Position numbers and translations under genes: made by a program
Shown: one piece after another, positions 20,109 to 30,091 of the stretch
How the letters are laid out: every line of letters begins with the position of its first letter
Position numbering within the stretch: position 1 is the first letter of the stretch
Source of the DNA: a virus
Virus record (IMG/VR): IMGVR_UViG_3300036861_000610
Coordinates: 83,890-147,889 of that record
Reading direction: 5' to 3' (one strand)
DNA: 64,000 bases
Notes under the pieces: model-generated
What the model was told of the DNA's origin: nothing
What the model saw: the letters and a program-made list of their open reading frames with translations, nothing else
Database searches by the model: none

Positions 20109-21204
20109 GTGAAGGTGTGCGTGATGCCGGCAGACACCGCTGGCTGCGGTTTTCTATAGGCTCATCTGGTCGGCTGAGTACCTGCAGAACCTTGGGTACA
20201 ACATCGAAATCCAGTACCCAAAGAACAAGGAGATGAACGACGGGAAGGACACCGGCCTAGAGGTTCACTTCCGGGGCACTGGGCTCTCTCAGGCTGACGC
20301 CGAAATTATCGACGTCAAAATCCCCAACGACGCCGACGTCTTGGTCATGCAGCGCCTAAGCCATAACTGGCACGCCAAGGTCATTGAGATCCTCCGAGCC
20401 AAAGGCGTGGCCATGGTTATCGATATGGACGATGACCTCAGCTGCATCCACCCTGACAACAAAGCCTTCGTCAACTACCACCCCAAAAATCCGAGGACGC
20501 CTCACTCGTGGAAAAACGTCGAGCAGGCGTGCAAGGCCGCCACGATGGTAACTGTCTCCACACAGCAGCTCATGGGGGTCTACGCCCGCCACGGCCGCGG
20601 GCAGGTCATCGACAACTACGTGCCCGAGCGTTACCTCCGGATCAAAGTCGATCAGGATAAGGTGTTCGGCTGGGCCGGGACGACGGACAGCCACCCGAAC
20701 GACTTGCAGGTGACTGGCGGGGCGGTTCAGGAACTTATCAACGATGGCTACGAGTTCCGCGTCATTGGTCCAGTCACCCAGGCCAAAGGCGCCCTTCGAC
20801 TGAAGGGGCAACCCGAGCACACTGGCGTCGTGCAGCTGGTGAACTGGGCCTCGGAGATTGCCCGACTACAGGTCTCTATCGCCCCGCTGGCAGCGACCTC
20901 GTTCAACACCGGAAAGTCTCGACTCAAGCTTATTGAGGCCGCCTCTGTCGGCGTGCCGTGGGTTGGTTCCCCACGCGCCGAGTACCGTCGCTTCCACAAA
21001 GAGTCGGGTTCAGGCCTCCTCGTCGATAGCCGTAAAGATTGGTACAAGGCTGTCAAGCAGCTGATGGATGACGCCCCTCTTCGTCAAGACCTGGGTGAGA
21101 GGGGACGCGAGTATATGCGGGACCAGACGATAGAGAAGAACGCCTGGCGGCTATGGGAAGCCTGGGAGCGGGCTCTCAACATTCAGCGGCACGGTGGGAA
21201 GTGA
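20109..21204 (+). CDS. GT-B (GT4-like) glycosyltransferase with an apparent +1 frameshift near codon 15
   Basis: GTG at 20109 gives MKVCVMPADTAGCG; the +1 frame continues FYRLIW... into ORF 20233-21204 (IDMDDDL, FGWAG, FNTGKSRLKLIEA). Confidence 0.75.
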
Positions 21205-21434
21205 GCAAGCTGAATCGGGAGCAGGCGCTTTCGGCCATCGAACGAGGTTTCCGCGAAGACCCAGACGACGATCCCCGCATGGGAGTCGACGGCGGCTGGT
21301 GGCATCCCGACAACGGTGACACATTCGTCACGCTGTTCGAGCTGCTGGTCGACAAGCATGGCCTGGACCCAGACGATGCTTACGGCATTCTCGGCGGAGC
21401 GTTCGGAGCGGCAGCCGATGAATACGGAGACTGA
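21201..21434 (+). CDS. Hypothetical acidic protein
   Basis: GTGA overlap with the upstream stop. Confidence 0.55.
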   Translation: MSKLNREQALSAIERGFREDPDDDPRMGVDGGWWHPDNGDTFVTLFELLVDKHGLDPDDAYGILGGAFGAAADEYGD

Positions 21435-21717
21435 TCCGGCGGTCACGTTGGAGAACCTGACCGCTGGCTACAGGGAACGGCTCCAGCGCCACACCGAAGA
21501 GCTAGAGGTGATTGTCCCTCTGTGGTGGGTGGGGAAATGGGGGCATGAGGCTGTGGCTGCTGCAGCCGCCCGTCTCCACGTCAAGGTAACAGCGGTCGAC
21601 GCCTGGCAGGACGACAACGAAAGCCGCCTCACTGCACTCGTATTTGAAGCCGGCACCTGGCACGTCGAGCGCGGCCCGGCCATCGACCTATCTGGAGTAC
21701 AGCAGCATGGAATCTGA
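21418..21717 (+). CDS. Hypothetical protein
   Basis: Overlapping, operon-style packing. Confidence 0.45.
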   Translation: MNTETDPAVTLENLTAGYRERLQRHTEELEVIVPLWWVGKWGHEAVAAAAARLHVKVTAVDAWQDDNESRLTALVFEAGTWHVERGPAIDLSGVQQHGI

Positions 21718-22372
21718 GCCACGTGGGCGCGCAGCCTTCATCATGGCCCACAATCGCCAGGAGCTTCTCGACCAGACCGTTGCAGCAATCAGGCCACAGG
21801 TCGACACGCTCATGGTGATGGACAACGCCTCCAACCCTAAGCTCACGGTGCCAGAAGACGTGGGTCTCATGTACGTGCCAGACCAGCCGCCGAACCTGGC
21901 GCAGTTCTGGAACATGGGGCTGGACTTCTACAACTACTGGTACAAGGACCGCCCCTACGACGTGGCCCTGCTCTGCGACGATGCGATCGTTCCGGAGGGC
22001 TGGTTCACCGCAGTAACGCAAGCCATGCGGGAACACGACGTCACCGCCGGATCAACCAACCCATGGGGTCGACCGCACGCCCCCATCGTCAAACGGGACA
22101 TGGACAGCGACATCATGAACCGGATGTGCAGCTGGGCGTTCATCATCGACGGCAGCAGCCCCGTCCGGGCCGATGAATCGATGCACTGGTGGTGGGCGGA
22201 CTCCGACTTTGACATTCAATGTCGCCGCGAGCGTGGAACTGTCCTGATCAGTGGCCCTCCAGTTCCCAACGTTCAACCAAATCATTACACGAACATCAGG
22301 CCAGATCTTGCTGAACAGGCTGGTCGAGATCGGGAAACATTTGCCGCTAAATACGGTCGCCTCCCTTGGTAG
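21707..22372 (+). CDS. GT-A (GT2-like) glycosyltransferase
   Basis: IMAHNR, VMDNAS, LLCDD (DxD-like), WWWADSD. Confidence 0.75.
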   Translation: MESEPRGRAAFIMAHNRQELLDQTVAAIRPQVDTLMVMDNASNPKLTVPEDVGLMYVPDQPPNLAQFWNMGLDFYNYWYKDRPYDVALLCDDAIVPEGWFTAVTQAMREHDVTAGSTNPWGRPHAPIVKRDMDSDIMNRMCSWAFIIDGSSPVRADESMHWWWADSDFDIQCRRERGTVLISGPPVPNVQPNHYTNIRPDLAEQAGRDRETFAAKYGRLPW

Positions 22373-22902
22373 TCAAAGAAGAGCGTTGGCTGCCAGTACC
22401 CGGCCGCACCGGATATGAGGTTTCCGACCATGGACGCATTAGAAGTTATCGAAACCGTCAGGGTCACCCAATCCCGGAACCTCGCTTCATGACCCCAACG
22501 ATCGTAAATGACTACCTGTGGATAAAGCTAGGGCGCAATTTTCAGTGCGGGCTTCATCGACTGGTCGCACTAGCCTTCCTTGGGCCGGCCCCTGAAGGGA
22601 TGGAGGTTCGACATCTTGACGGTAATAAGCGCAACGCTCGGCTGGAGAATCTGACTTACGGCACGCAAGCCGAAAATTATGCCGACCGGCGAATCCACGG
22701 TACGGACAGCAGTGGTGATCGGCATGGCAACCGAAAGCTTGCCCAGCGAGGTGAGCCCGTGTCCTACAGACTAACCGCAGCCGACGTGGCGCGTATTAGA
22801 ACCACCTCAATCTCCGGACCAATCCTTGCGAAGGAGATGGGGGTATCGGCACACACAATTTACGCGGCACGACACAGAAGAACCTGGAAGCACCTGCCAT
22901 GA
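22366..22902 (+). CDS. NUMOD4-HNH homing endonuclease with C-terminal HTH
   Basis: ERWLPVPG..YEVSDHGRIRS (NUMOD4); HRLVALAF...VRHLDGNKRNARLENL (HNH). Confidence 0.9.
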   Translation: MVVKEERWLPVPGRTGYEVSDHGRIRSYRNRQGHPIPEPRFMTPTIVNDYLWIKLGRNFQCGLHRLVALAFLGPAPEGMEVRHLDGNKRNARLENLTYGTQAENYADRRIHGTDSSGDRHGNRKLAQRGEPVSYRLTAADVARIRTTSISGPILAKEMGVSAHTIYAARHRRTWKHLP

Positions 22903-23099
22903 TTTCGACCATGGACCACCTGCCATTCCCGGGCATGACGGCCGACCAGAGGAGGGTCCTAATTCGGTGGCTGTACTCCGCGGCCGACCGGGAGACCCAT
23001 CGGCAGCGTCGAGCAACCCGGACACAGGACAGACTACGGCACTCTATCCGAGCCAGCGCCTTCCAGGACGCCATTGCCGAGCTGGAGCAGGAGTCGTGA
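22899..23099 (+). CDS. Small hypothetical protein
   Basis: ATGA and GTGA overlaps on both sides. Confidence 0.5.
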   Translation: MISTMDHLPFPGMTADQRRVLIRWLYSAADRETHRQRRATRTQDRLRHSIRASAFQDAIAELEQES

Positions 23100-24055
23100 T
23101 CAAGAAGAAGCGGCGGATCTTCGTCATCGCCACCGATAGCGCTGGATGTTGGTGGTACCGGCTTCGGCTGCCGTTGATGGCACTGCATCCGGACGAGTTT
23201 GAGGTTGTCTGGGAGCCTCCGTTCAACAACTGGCTCCCAGGGGACATCGTCGTTGGCCAGCGGATCGCCGGCCGCAATACAGCATGGCTGGAGATGTGCG
23301 ACGCTCCTGGCCTGACTGCGGTCTACGACATCGACGACAATCTGCTGGAGATCGACCCCGGCAACACGGTGCCGTACCAGATCTTCTCTCCGATTGTGGA
23401 TGACACTGCGGCCAATATCTCGGCCGCACAGGTCGTGACGGTGTCGACTCCGAAGCTGGCGGAGCGCCTTGCACACCTGAACAAGAACATCGTGGTGCTG
23501 CCGAACTGTCTGCACGAGTCCTGGATCGCCCGCATCGAGTTCCCATCGCCGTACATCACGGTCGGTTGGGCTGGCAGCCCGTTCCACAGCCAGGACTTCG
23601 GGGGTGCGGCTGGCCAGTTCCGCATCTACGCGGAAGCTGAGCCTCGGGCTCGGTTCCACATGATTGGCGGAGATCCGACCTTTGGCATGGTGAATCGGAC
23701 AGTCTCTGGGTTCACGGACATGCATACCTACTGGAACAACCTTGACTTCGACATTGGGGTGGCGTTGTTGGAGGACAACGTCCAGAACCAATGCAAGTCA
23801 TGGATCAAGGTGTTGGAGTATGCCGGCAAAGGCGTCCCGGCCGTGGCTCCTCGGATCGGACAGTATCCCGAGTTCATCGAGGATGGGGTCAACGGATTCC
23901 TGTACGACCACGTCTCAGAATTGTCGACACACCTGTTGACCTTGTCCAAGGACGATCTTCGTTCGAGAATGAGCGAAGCAGCCATGTCCAAGGCGTCTGA
24001 GTACACCATCAGTCGCCAGATTCATCGCTGGGAAACCGTCTACCGAGAGGCGTGA
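23096..24055 (+). CDS. GT-B (GT4-like) glycosyltransferase
   Basis: DSAGCWWYRL, YDIDD, VGWAGS, KSWIKVLEY, IEDGVNGFL. Confidence 0.85.
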   Translation: MIKKKRRIFVIATDSAGCWWYRLRLPLMALHPDEFEVVWEPPFNNWLPGDIVVGQRIAGRNTAWLEMCDAPGLTAVYDIDDNLLEIDPGNTVPYQIFSPIVDDTAANISAAQVVTVSTPKLAERLAHLNKNIVVLPNCLHESWIARIEFPSPYITVGWAGSPFHSQDFGGAAGQFRIYAEAEPRARFHMIGGDPTFGMVNRTVSGFTDMHTYWNNLDFDIGVALLEDNVQNQCKSWIKVLEYAGKGVPAVAPRIGQYPEFIEDGVNGFLYDHVSELSTHLLTLSKDDLRSRMSEAAMSKASEYTISRQIHRWETVYREA

Positions 24056-24056
24056 C

Positions 24057-24284
24057 ATGGCCGGCGATTCACAGCCACCACCCATCGCGACCCAGGGTCC
24101 CTTAGTGAAGGACCTACTTATCGCCGACATTGAAGAGCTGTGCGCCCGCCGACAGACGAAGTACGGCACCCACCTTCAGGCCGGCAACGGCCGCGACGCT
24201 CTTCGGGATCTGTACGAAGAACTGGTCGATGCCGCCCTCTACATCAAGCAGGCGATCATGGAAAGGGATGGTCATGCAGCGTGA
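24057..24284 (+). CDS. Small all-alpha protein, possibly MazG-like nucleotide pyrophosphohydrolase fold
   Basis: KYGTHL...LYEELVDAALYI motif. Confidence 0.5.
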   Translation: MAGDSQPPPIATQGPLVKDLLIADIEELCARRQTKYGTHLQAGNGRDALRDLYEELVDAALYIKQAIMERDGHAA

Positions 24285-25482
24285 AACATGCGGCAGCTGC
24301 CACTCTGCAGACCTGATCCAGGTCCTGGACCTGGGCACCTCGCCGCTGGCTGACGACTTCCCCCACTCTGCGTCCGAGGCCATGGAACAGACTCGGTATC
24401 CACTGGGACTGGTGACCTGTGCGCAGTGCTCGCTGCTCCAGCTCACCGAGATCGTGGACGACCAAGAGCTGTGGGGCGGTGACTACGGCTTCTACACCGG
24501 ATCGTCCTGGGTGGCCGTCCAGCAGCAGCAGCAGTATGCCGATGACCTTCTGTGGCGCTATCGAGACCTGACCAAGGGCCTCGTCCTGGAGATCGCCTGC
24601 AACGACGGGTCCATGCTGTCCCGCTTCGCTGAGGCTGGTTGCCGGACTTTGTGCGTGGATCCGGCTGTTGGGCCGACCACAAAGGCTCGACAGTCAGGCC
24701 TCGACGTCATCGTGAAGGGCTTTGGACGGGAGGCGGCCCAGCAGGTGCTCAACGAGTACGGCTGGGCGGATCTTGTGGTGGCCAACAATGTCATCGCCCA
24801 TGTAGCCGACCTGGACGATTTCGTCACGGGCCTGGCCATGGTGATGAGCCCCCAGGGCCGGCTCATAGTCGAGTTCCAGTACGCGGCCGACCTGATTACC
24901 GGCAACATGATCGACCACGTCTACCACGAGCACCGATCTTTCTTCTCTCTTTCTTCTCTCAGCTGCGCACTTGAGCGGCATGGACTCAAGGCTGTGGACG
25001 TCCAGCAGACAACTCCTCAAGGCGGCTCCCTGCGAGTGCACGTTGGCCGCATGGGCGATGAACTCGTCAACAGCAGCGTGACCACACTGTTGTTGGAGGA
25101 GAAATGGATGCTTGATCCCGGCAGTCTGGCCGGGATGCAGGGGCGCGCCAATCGGATCCGGCAGCGTTTGCGGGATCTGCTGTGGGAGCAGAGCCGTGCT
25201 GGGCGTCGAGTGGCCGGCTACGGCGCCTCAGCCAAGTCCACCACGCTGCTGAACTTCTGCGAGATCGAGTCGGGGCTGGTGCAGTACTTCATCGACTCCA
25301 CGCCGATGAAGCACGGACGGTTCACCCCCGGTACCGGTATCCCGATCATTGACCCACGGTCGGACTCGCGGGCGCCCGACACAATGCTCCTTTGTGTTTG
25401 GAATTACGCAGGGGCAATAATGCGACGTGAGCGATTTGATGGTCAGTGGATTGTCCCCATCCCGATTCCGGTAATGATGTAG
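24274..25482 (+). CDS. NDP-hexose C-methyltransferase (Zn-binding N-domain, SAM domain, C-terminal C-methyltransferase domain)
   Basis: CxxC..DLG..PLAD, CxxCSLLQL, EIACNDG, ANNVIAH, YHEH, GGSLR, GYGASAKSTTLLN, GRFTPGTGIPI. Confidence 0.9.
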   Translation: MQRETCGSCHSADLIQVLDLGTSPLADDFPHSASEAMEQTRYPLGLVTCAQCSLLQLTEIVDDQELWGGDYGFYTGSSWVAVQQQQQYADDLLWRYRDLTKGLVLEIACNDGSMLSRFAEAGCRTLCVDPAVGPTTKARQSGLDVIVKGFGREAAQQVLNEYGWADLVVANNVIAHVADLDDFVTGLAMVMSPQGRLIVEFQYAADLITGNMIDHVYHEHRSFFSLSSLSCALERHGLKAVDVQQTTPQGGSLRVHVGRMGDELVNSSVTTLLLEEKWMLDPGSLAGMQGRANRIRQRLRDLLWEQSRAGRRVAGYGASAKSTTLLNFCEIESGLVQYFIDSTPMKHGRFTPGTGIPIIDPRSDSRAPDTMLLCVWNYAGAIMRRERFDGQWIVPIPIPVMM

Positions 25483-25484
25483 CA

Positions 25485-25715
25485 ATGGCCTTTGATGACA
25501 GCGAGGACTGGGCTCGCGCGAGCAAAGATTTCTGGTTCCGGACCTACAGCGAGGACGCGCCGTCACCGCGCCGTGCGACCATCGTGGCCCGCGGTGACCA
25601 GTACCTGCACGCGGCGGAGGAGCGGGCCGAGAGGGGCCTGGCCGCCATGGCCACCGCCTATGCCGCTATTGCACAGGCGCACTACTACAAGGCGACAAAG
25701 CTGGTGAGCCAGTGA
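25485..25715 (+). CDS. Small hypothetical protein
   Basis: Fills the gap between neighbours; GTGA overlap. Confidence 0.5.
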   Translation: MAFDDSEDWARASKDFWFRTYSEDAPSPRRATIVARGDQYLHAAEERAERGLAAMATAYAAIAQAHYYKATKLVSQ

Positions 25716-26353
25716 TCCTGCTGACCGGAGGTTCGGGGCAGCTCGGCAAGGAGCTGTGCAAGCTCAACGATTTCTATGCCCCGTCGCGGGCGGAACTGGA
25801 CATCACGAACCAGAAACAGGTCTACCGGACCCTGCAGGAACACGAGCCGGACCTGATTGTCCACGCTGCGGCCTACACCAACACCCTGGGTGCCGACCAG
25901 GATGTCGACCAGATGGTCACCTGCTGGCAGACAAACGTCCTGGGCACCCGGAACCTAGTCGATTATGCCCAGTGCCCCATCATCTACATCTCCACCGAGG
26001 CGGCGATCCATCCGTACTCGTTCTACATCCTTTCCAAGTTGCAGGCAGAGATGGAGGTTTCGCGGCACAAGTACGGCTACACCAACATCCGTACCTCGTT
26101 CCGCGAAGACCCATTCGAATACCCCCGTGCCTTCACTGATATGTGGACGATCGGGGACTACACCACAGTCATCGCCTGGATGATCAATGACCTGATCAAT
26201 GGGCGCCCCGTGCAGAACAAGACGATCTGGCTCGGCACCGGGGCAAAAACCGTGTTTCAGCTGGCTACCCGCACTCGGCCAGACGTGAAGCCTTGTCTGC
26301 GCAGCGACCACAGCCCATACCTGCCCTCACTGGAAGAACTGGTGGACCTATGA
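25712..26353 (+). CDS. rmlD: RmlD-like NDP-4-keto-6-deoxyhexose reductase
   Basis: LTGGSGQLG, HAAAYT, YISTE, YILSK (YxxxK). Confidence 0.8.
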   Translation: MILLTGGSGQLGKELCKLNDFYAPSRAELDITNQKQVYRTLQEHEPDLIVHAAAYTNTLGADQDVDQMVTCWQTNVLGTRNLVDYAQCPIIYISTEAAIHPYSFYILSKLQAEMEVSRHKYGYTNIRTSFREDPFEYPRAFTDMWTIGDYTTVIAWMINDLINGRPVQNKTIWLGTGAKTVFQLATRTRPDVKPCLRSDHSPYLPSLEELVDL

Positions 26354-27318
26354 CCCGCGTGCTAATCACTGGAATTTCGGGACAGGCCGGCGGCATCTTG
26401 GCCAAACAGTGTCTGGCCAAAGGGGACACCGTTTTTGGTCTGCTTCGGTGGGTGTCGACCAACAAGCGGCACCAGCTGCAGCTGCAGCTGCCTGGTATCG
26501 AGCTGCTCGACGGCGACCTCCAGGACCAGGCGTCACTGGAGCGGGCGCTGGCCATCGCCCAGCCCGATATCGTCTACAACCTCGGCGCTCTGGCCTCCTC
26601 TGGTCAGAGCTGGAACCAGCCAATGGCCATGGCCGAGATCAATGCGGTCGGACCGCTGAAGATGCTCGAAGCCATCAAGGTGCACAACAAGAACATCCGC
26701 TTCGTGCAGGCCTCGACGTCAGAGCAGTACGGCCGGGTCAATGAGCAGCCGCAGTCGGAGAAGACTCCGTTCGGCAGTCTCAACATTTACGGCGTTGCCA
26801 AGACGTTTGCCCACCAGGCCACCATCAACTACCGCGATAGTTACGGCATTCACGCATCTACATGTCTTATGCATAATTACGTTTCCTTGGACCGTAATCC
26901 ATATTTTGTGGACCGGAAAATCACACGCGCCGCGGCCCGCATCAAGGCGGGCCTCGATCACGAGTTGCGACTGGGCAACACCGACGCCTCCCGTGACTGG
27001 GGTTGGTGCGAGGAGTACATGCAGGCATGGCAGCTCGTTGCCGCGCATCACGAGCCCGGTGACTACGTCATCGCCACCGGCGAAACCCACACTGTGCAGG
27101 AGTTTGTCGACAGGGCCTTCGCCTACGTCGGCCTCAACCCGGCCGAGTATGTGGTGCACGATCCGGCCTTCATGCGACCAACCGACATCCTGGAGCTGCG
27201 CGGTGACCCTAGCTACATCAAGAAGACCCTTGGCTGGGAGGCCACCGTCAAGTTCGACCAAATCGTCGAGAAGCTGGTTCAGCATGACCTTGATCAAATC
27301 GGCGGCACTCGTGGCTGA
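26350..27318 (+). CDS. gmd: GDP-mannose 4,6-dehydratase
   Basis: LITGISGQ, QASTSE, YGVAK, FVDRKIT, LGNTDASRDWG, DYVIATGETH. Confidence 0.9.
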   Translation: MTRVLITGISGQAGGILAKQCLAKGDTVFGLLRWVSTNKRHQLQLQLPGIELLDGDLQDQASLERALAIAQPDIVYNLGALASSGQSWNQPMAMAEINAVGPLKMLEAIKVHNKNIRFVQASTSEQYGRVNEQPQSEKTPFGSLNIYGVAKTFAHQATINYRDSYGIHASTCLMHNYVSLDRNPYFVDRKITRAAARIKAGLDHELRLGNTDASRDWGWCEEYMQAWQLVAAHHEPGDYVIATGETHTVQEFVDRAFAYVGLNPAEYVVHDPAFMRPTDILELRGDPSYIKKTLGWEATVKFDQIVEKLVQHDLDQIGGTRG

Positions 27319-28090
27319 ACCTGAGCCCGAGTCGCCATTGGTCTCAGTGATCACGCCCACCTTCCCGGGTCGGGAGAAGGTGCTGCTGGAGCGGTGCATT
27401 CCGTCGGTGTGGGGTCAGAACTACCCAGGCCCCATCGAGCATGTCATCGTCACAGACGAGAACCCGAAGCTGGAGCTTCTTCTCGATGAGATCAAGTACC
27501 AGCGGTGGTGGCAGCTCGAAGAAGACCAAGTGGACCAGACCACAGGAGCGCGTCGTACGTCCCGGGTTGTTCAGATCAACGACATCTGGAAAAACCCGGC
27601 CGCACGGGCCGGCGAACGAGGTCTCCACGTCACCCAGAACAATGGGGCGTGGCCGTGGTTTCTTGGTAGCTTCCTGGGCCTCGGCCAATTCATGTCGTTT
27701 CTCGGCGACGATGACGAGCTGCTATCGCATCACGTGTCCGCCCACGTGCGGGCCATGCAAACAGCCAGTGCGATGTGGTCGTTGTCGAGAATCGAGTTCC
27801 GGGCTCACGGCGCGTTTTGGAACGTCATCGGTGACGAGTCCTACGCTGAAGGGCACCTTGATGCAACCGGCATCATGTGTTGGAAGGATGCGTTGACCAT
27901 AGCCAACTGGGACCCGTGGGCAGGTATTGCCGCCGTGGACTGGAAGCTTGTCAATGACTGGCGTCAGCATTCGCTGCCAGGGATATTCATCCCCGATATT
28001 ACTGGCGTCCATCACGACGGGTGGCTCACGGGCTCAACAGGAAAGCCCTATCATGATCCGCCACCACCGCTGGCGATCCCCTCCCCGTAG
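27311..28090 (+). CDS. GT2 family glycosyltransferase
   Basis: PLVSVITPT, EHVIVTD, FLGDDD. Confidence 0.8.
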   Translation: MAEPEPESPLVSVITPTFPGREKVLLERCIPSVWGQNYPGPIEHVIVTDENPKLELLLDEIKYQRWWQLEEDQVDQTTGARRTSRVVQINDIWKNPAARAGERGLHVTQNNGAWPWFLGSFLGLGQFMSFLGDDDELLSHHVSAHVRAMQTASAMWSLSRIEFRAHGAFWNVIGDESYAEGHLDATGIMCWKDALTIANWDPWAGIAAVDWKLVNDWRQHSLPGIFIPDITGVHHDGWLTGSTGKPYHDPPPPLAIPSP

Positions 28091-28107
28091 GAGAGAGAGA
28101 AGGAACC

Positions 28108-28719
28108 GTGTCTAACCTTCGACCCGGTATCACGTGTCTTGTGGCCTGCCACCCGGAGCGTCTCTCCAACGGCCTAGCCGTGGAGTCGCTGGCTTCCATT
28201 GCCCGACAGACCATGCAGCCAGACACCATCATTCTGGTAAACGACATGGAACGGGCTGGAGCCGGCCGCACTCGCCAGAAGCTTCTGCGCATGGTAGAAA
28301 CCGAGTGGCTGGCCTGGTGCGACTCAGACGACCTTCTGCTACCTAAGCACCTGGAGACACTCTATAACCGGGCCCAGGAGACTGGCGCGGTGTTCGTCAA
28401 CGCCTGGTTCAATGCCCCTCACGACCCGCTCGGACACTTTGGCAAGCTTTTAGACCCTTGCAACCCACATCACACCACCATTACCTTCATGGTGAAAACC
28501 GAGCTGGCTCAGGAAGTTGGCTTCGAAGAATCCCTGGAAGACAGCCCATTTTCCGAAGAGGACTGGCGCCATATCGCCGGCATTGCAGCTCTGTGCTGTG
28601 AGCGCGGACTGAAAATGGAGCATGTCCCCGAGAAGACGTGGTGGTGGCGTCAGCAAGGACAGAACACGTCTGGCCTTCCACGGGGTGGCGACATAGTACA
28701 AAAGATTCTGCACCGATAG
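28108..28719 (+). CDS. GT2 family glycosyltransferase
   Basis: IILVND, TEWLAWCDSDD, EEDW. Confidence 0.8.
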   Translation: MSNLRPGITCLVACHPERLSNGLAVESLASIARQTMQPDTIILVNDMERAGAGRTRQKLLRMVETEWLAWCDSDDLLLPKHLETLYNRAQETGAVFVNAWFNAPHDPLGHFGKLLDPCNPHHTTITFMVKTELAQEVGFEESLEDSPFSEEDWRHIAGIAALCCERGLKMEHVPEKTWWWRQQGQNTSGLPRGGDIVQKILHR

Positions 28720-28728
28720 TCTGCCCTT

Positions 28729-29562
28729 ATGCCTACGTATGTGCAGCTGGGTTCCGAGGCTGTGTGGGGTGCTCAGTTCATCCCGCCGGTAATGAACGCT
28801 GGGCTGATCGGTCCGCTTCGAGTGTTCTATGGGCTGAGTTTCAATGCAGTGGGCTCCGCAGGAGACAACAACCACCTGTACGGCCGGCATCGCAGCTACA
28901 ACTGGGACGTGTTGTCCAGGTTCTGCACGGACCGCGCATACGGCACCACGGATTCACGAGACCAGGGCGGCGACCGTAACTGGTATCGCGCAGTAGACGT
29001 CGGAATCACGGGCCAGCAGCTTTTCGACGCCAGTCACCGCATGGACGCGCTAGCACGTTCTGGAGAATGTCCAGGCCTCGCGGAATGGTTCGGCACCTTC
29101 GACGGAGTAAACGTTGTTGGCTGGTTCCAGGGACAACCGGCCAGCTCCGACAGTTCGCACCTACTCCACCTTCATGCCGGAGTGTGGAACCAATACGCCA
29201 ATGACGCTGCCACCATGCAGCAGATTTATGGGGCCATCACTGGCACCGGAGGATCGCCACAGAAAGGCAAGGACATGTACGTCATTAGGGCGTGGCAAAC
29301 CGGCGGCACCTACAGCACCAATGGCACCACCTACTATCACCTCAGCAGTGGAGACCTAGTCGCCGCGGCCCTACGGATCGCCGGCCAGACCGAGCCAATC
29401 CCCATCGATGCGGGCGAGCTGCCCGCGTTTGGGGTAGACATTGAGTCGCTGCCGGTCACCTGCAACTGCGACTGCGGTGGAAGCGGCGGCGACGCAGGGC
29501 CCAGCGTGGCTCAGATCGCCGATGGGGTCGCAGACGAGCTGCGCCAGCGACTGGAGAGTTAA
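28729..29562 (+). CDS. Endolysin, M15/LAS-type Zn peptidase-like
   Basis: GDNNH..GRH, AVD and DSSHLLHLH metal-binding pattern; lies upstream of a holin-like gene. Confidence 0.65.
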   Translation: MPTYVQLGSEAVWGAQFIPPVMNAGLIGPLRVFYGLSFNAVGSAGDNNHLYGRHRSYNWDVLSRFCTDRAYGTTDSRDQGGDRNWYRAVDVGITGQQLFDASHRMDALARSGECPGLAEWFGTFDGVNVVGWFQGQPASSDSSHLLHLHAGVWNQYANDAATMQQIYGAITGTGGSPQKGKDMYVIRAWQTGGTYSTNGTTYYHLSSGDLVAAALRIAGQTEPIPIDAGELPAFGVDIESLPVTCNCDCGGSGGDAGPSVAQIADGVADELRQRLES

Positions 29563-29563
29563 G

Positions 29564-30019
29564 TTGCCTATCACACGTTCCAGGGTCCTCGTCCGCGCTC
29601 GCTACGGCTGGCCGCAGAAGACGGTCCCCTTTCATAAGACTGCGTTCCATCAGCCCGACGGTTACCGGACGGATGCCGCGGGGTATGTCAGCATGTGCTG
29701 GGACATCCCGCTGGGTGCGAAAAATTCGTGGGGTGGCCTGTCGACGGTTTCCATGGATACCGACGGCTGGTGTCAGGAGATTGACCCGATGGACTTGAAG
29801 CCCGGCGATGCACTCGGGCTACTCGGACACGGGTCTGTTGGTCCCGACGGCGGAACGATCGTTCTGTTTGAATCGTGGCTGAATGGGGATTACACGACAA
29901 ACTACGCAATCACCTGGGAAATGCTCCCGGATGCATCTCCCGGGCCAGTCCGACGGCAACGTCCGTACGAGGGACACCGGTGGCACAGCTACAGGTATCG
30001 CGACATCATCGACGACTGA
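29564..30019 (+). CDS. NlpC/P60-like protein lacking the catalytic residues
   Basis: GYRTDAAGYVSMCW (canonical DCSG), LKPGDAL, GTIVLF (canonical GHVVLF). Confidence 0.6.
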   Translation: MPITRSRVLVRARYGWPQKTVPFHKTAFHQPDGYRTDAAGYVSMCWDIPLGAKNSWGGLSTVSMDTDGWCQEIDPMDLKPGDALGLLGHGSVGPDGGTIVLFESWLNGDYTTNYAITWEMLPDASPGPVRRQRPYEGHRWHSYRYRDIIDD

Positions 30020-30091
30020 AATAGAGGAGACCGGAGCTTTTTGCGTCACCCTGGAACTTGAAAAGGATCTCAGATCTGAGACGATCTAGGA

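Noticed and set aside
304-30049. Long antisense ORFs over the structural arm (e.g. 1669-2958, 4498-5622, 6103-7371, 12016-13473)
   Set aside because: Shadow ORFs of GC3-rich genes with no recognisable motifs.
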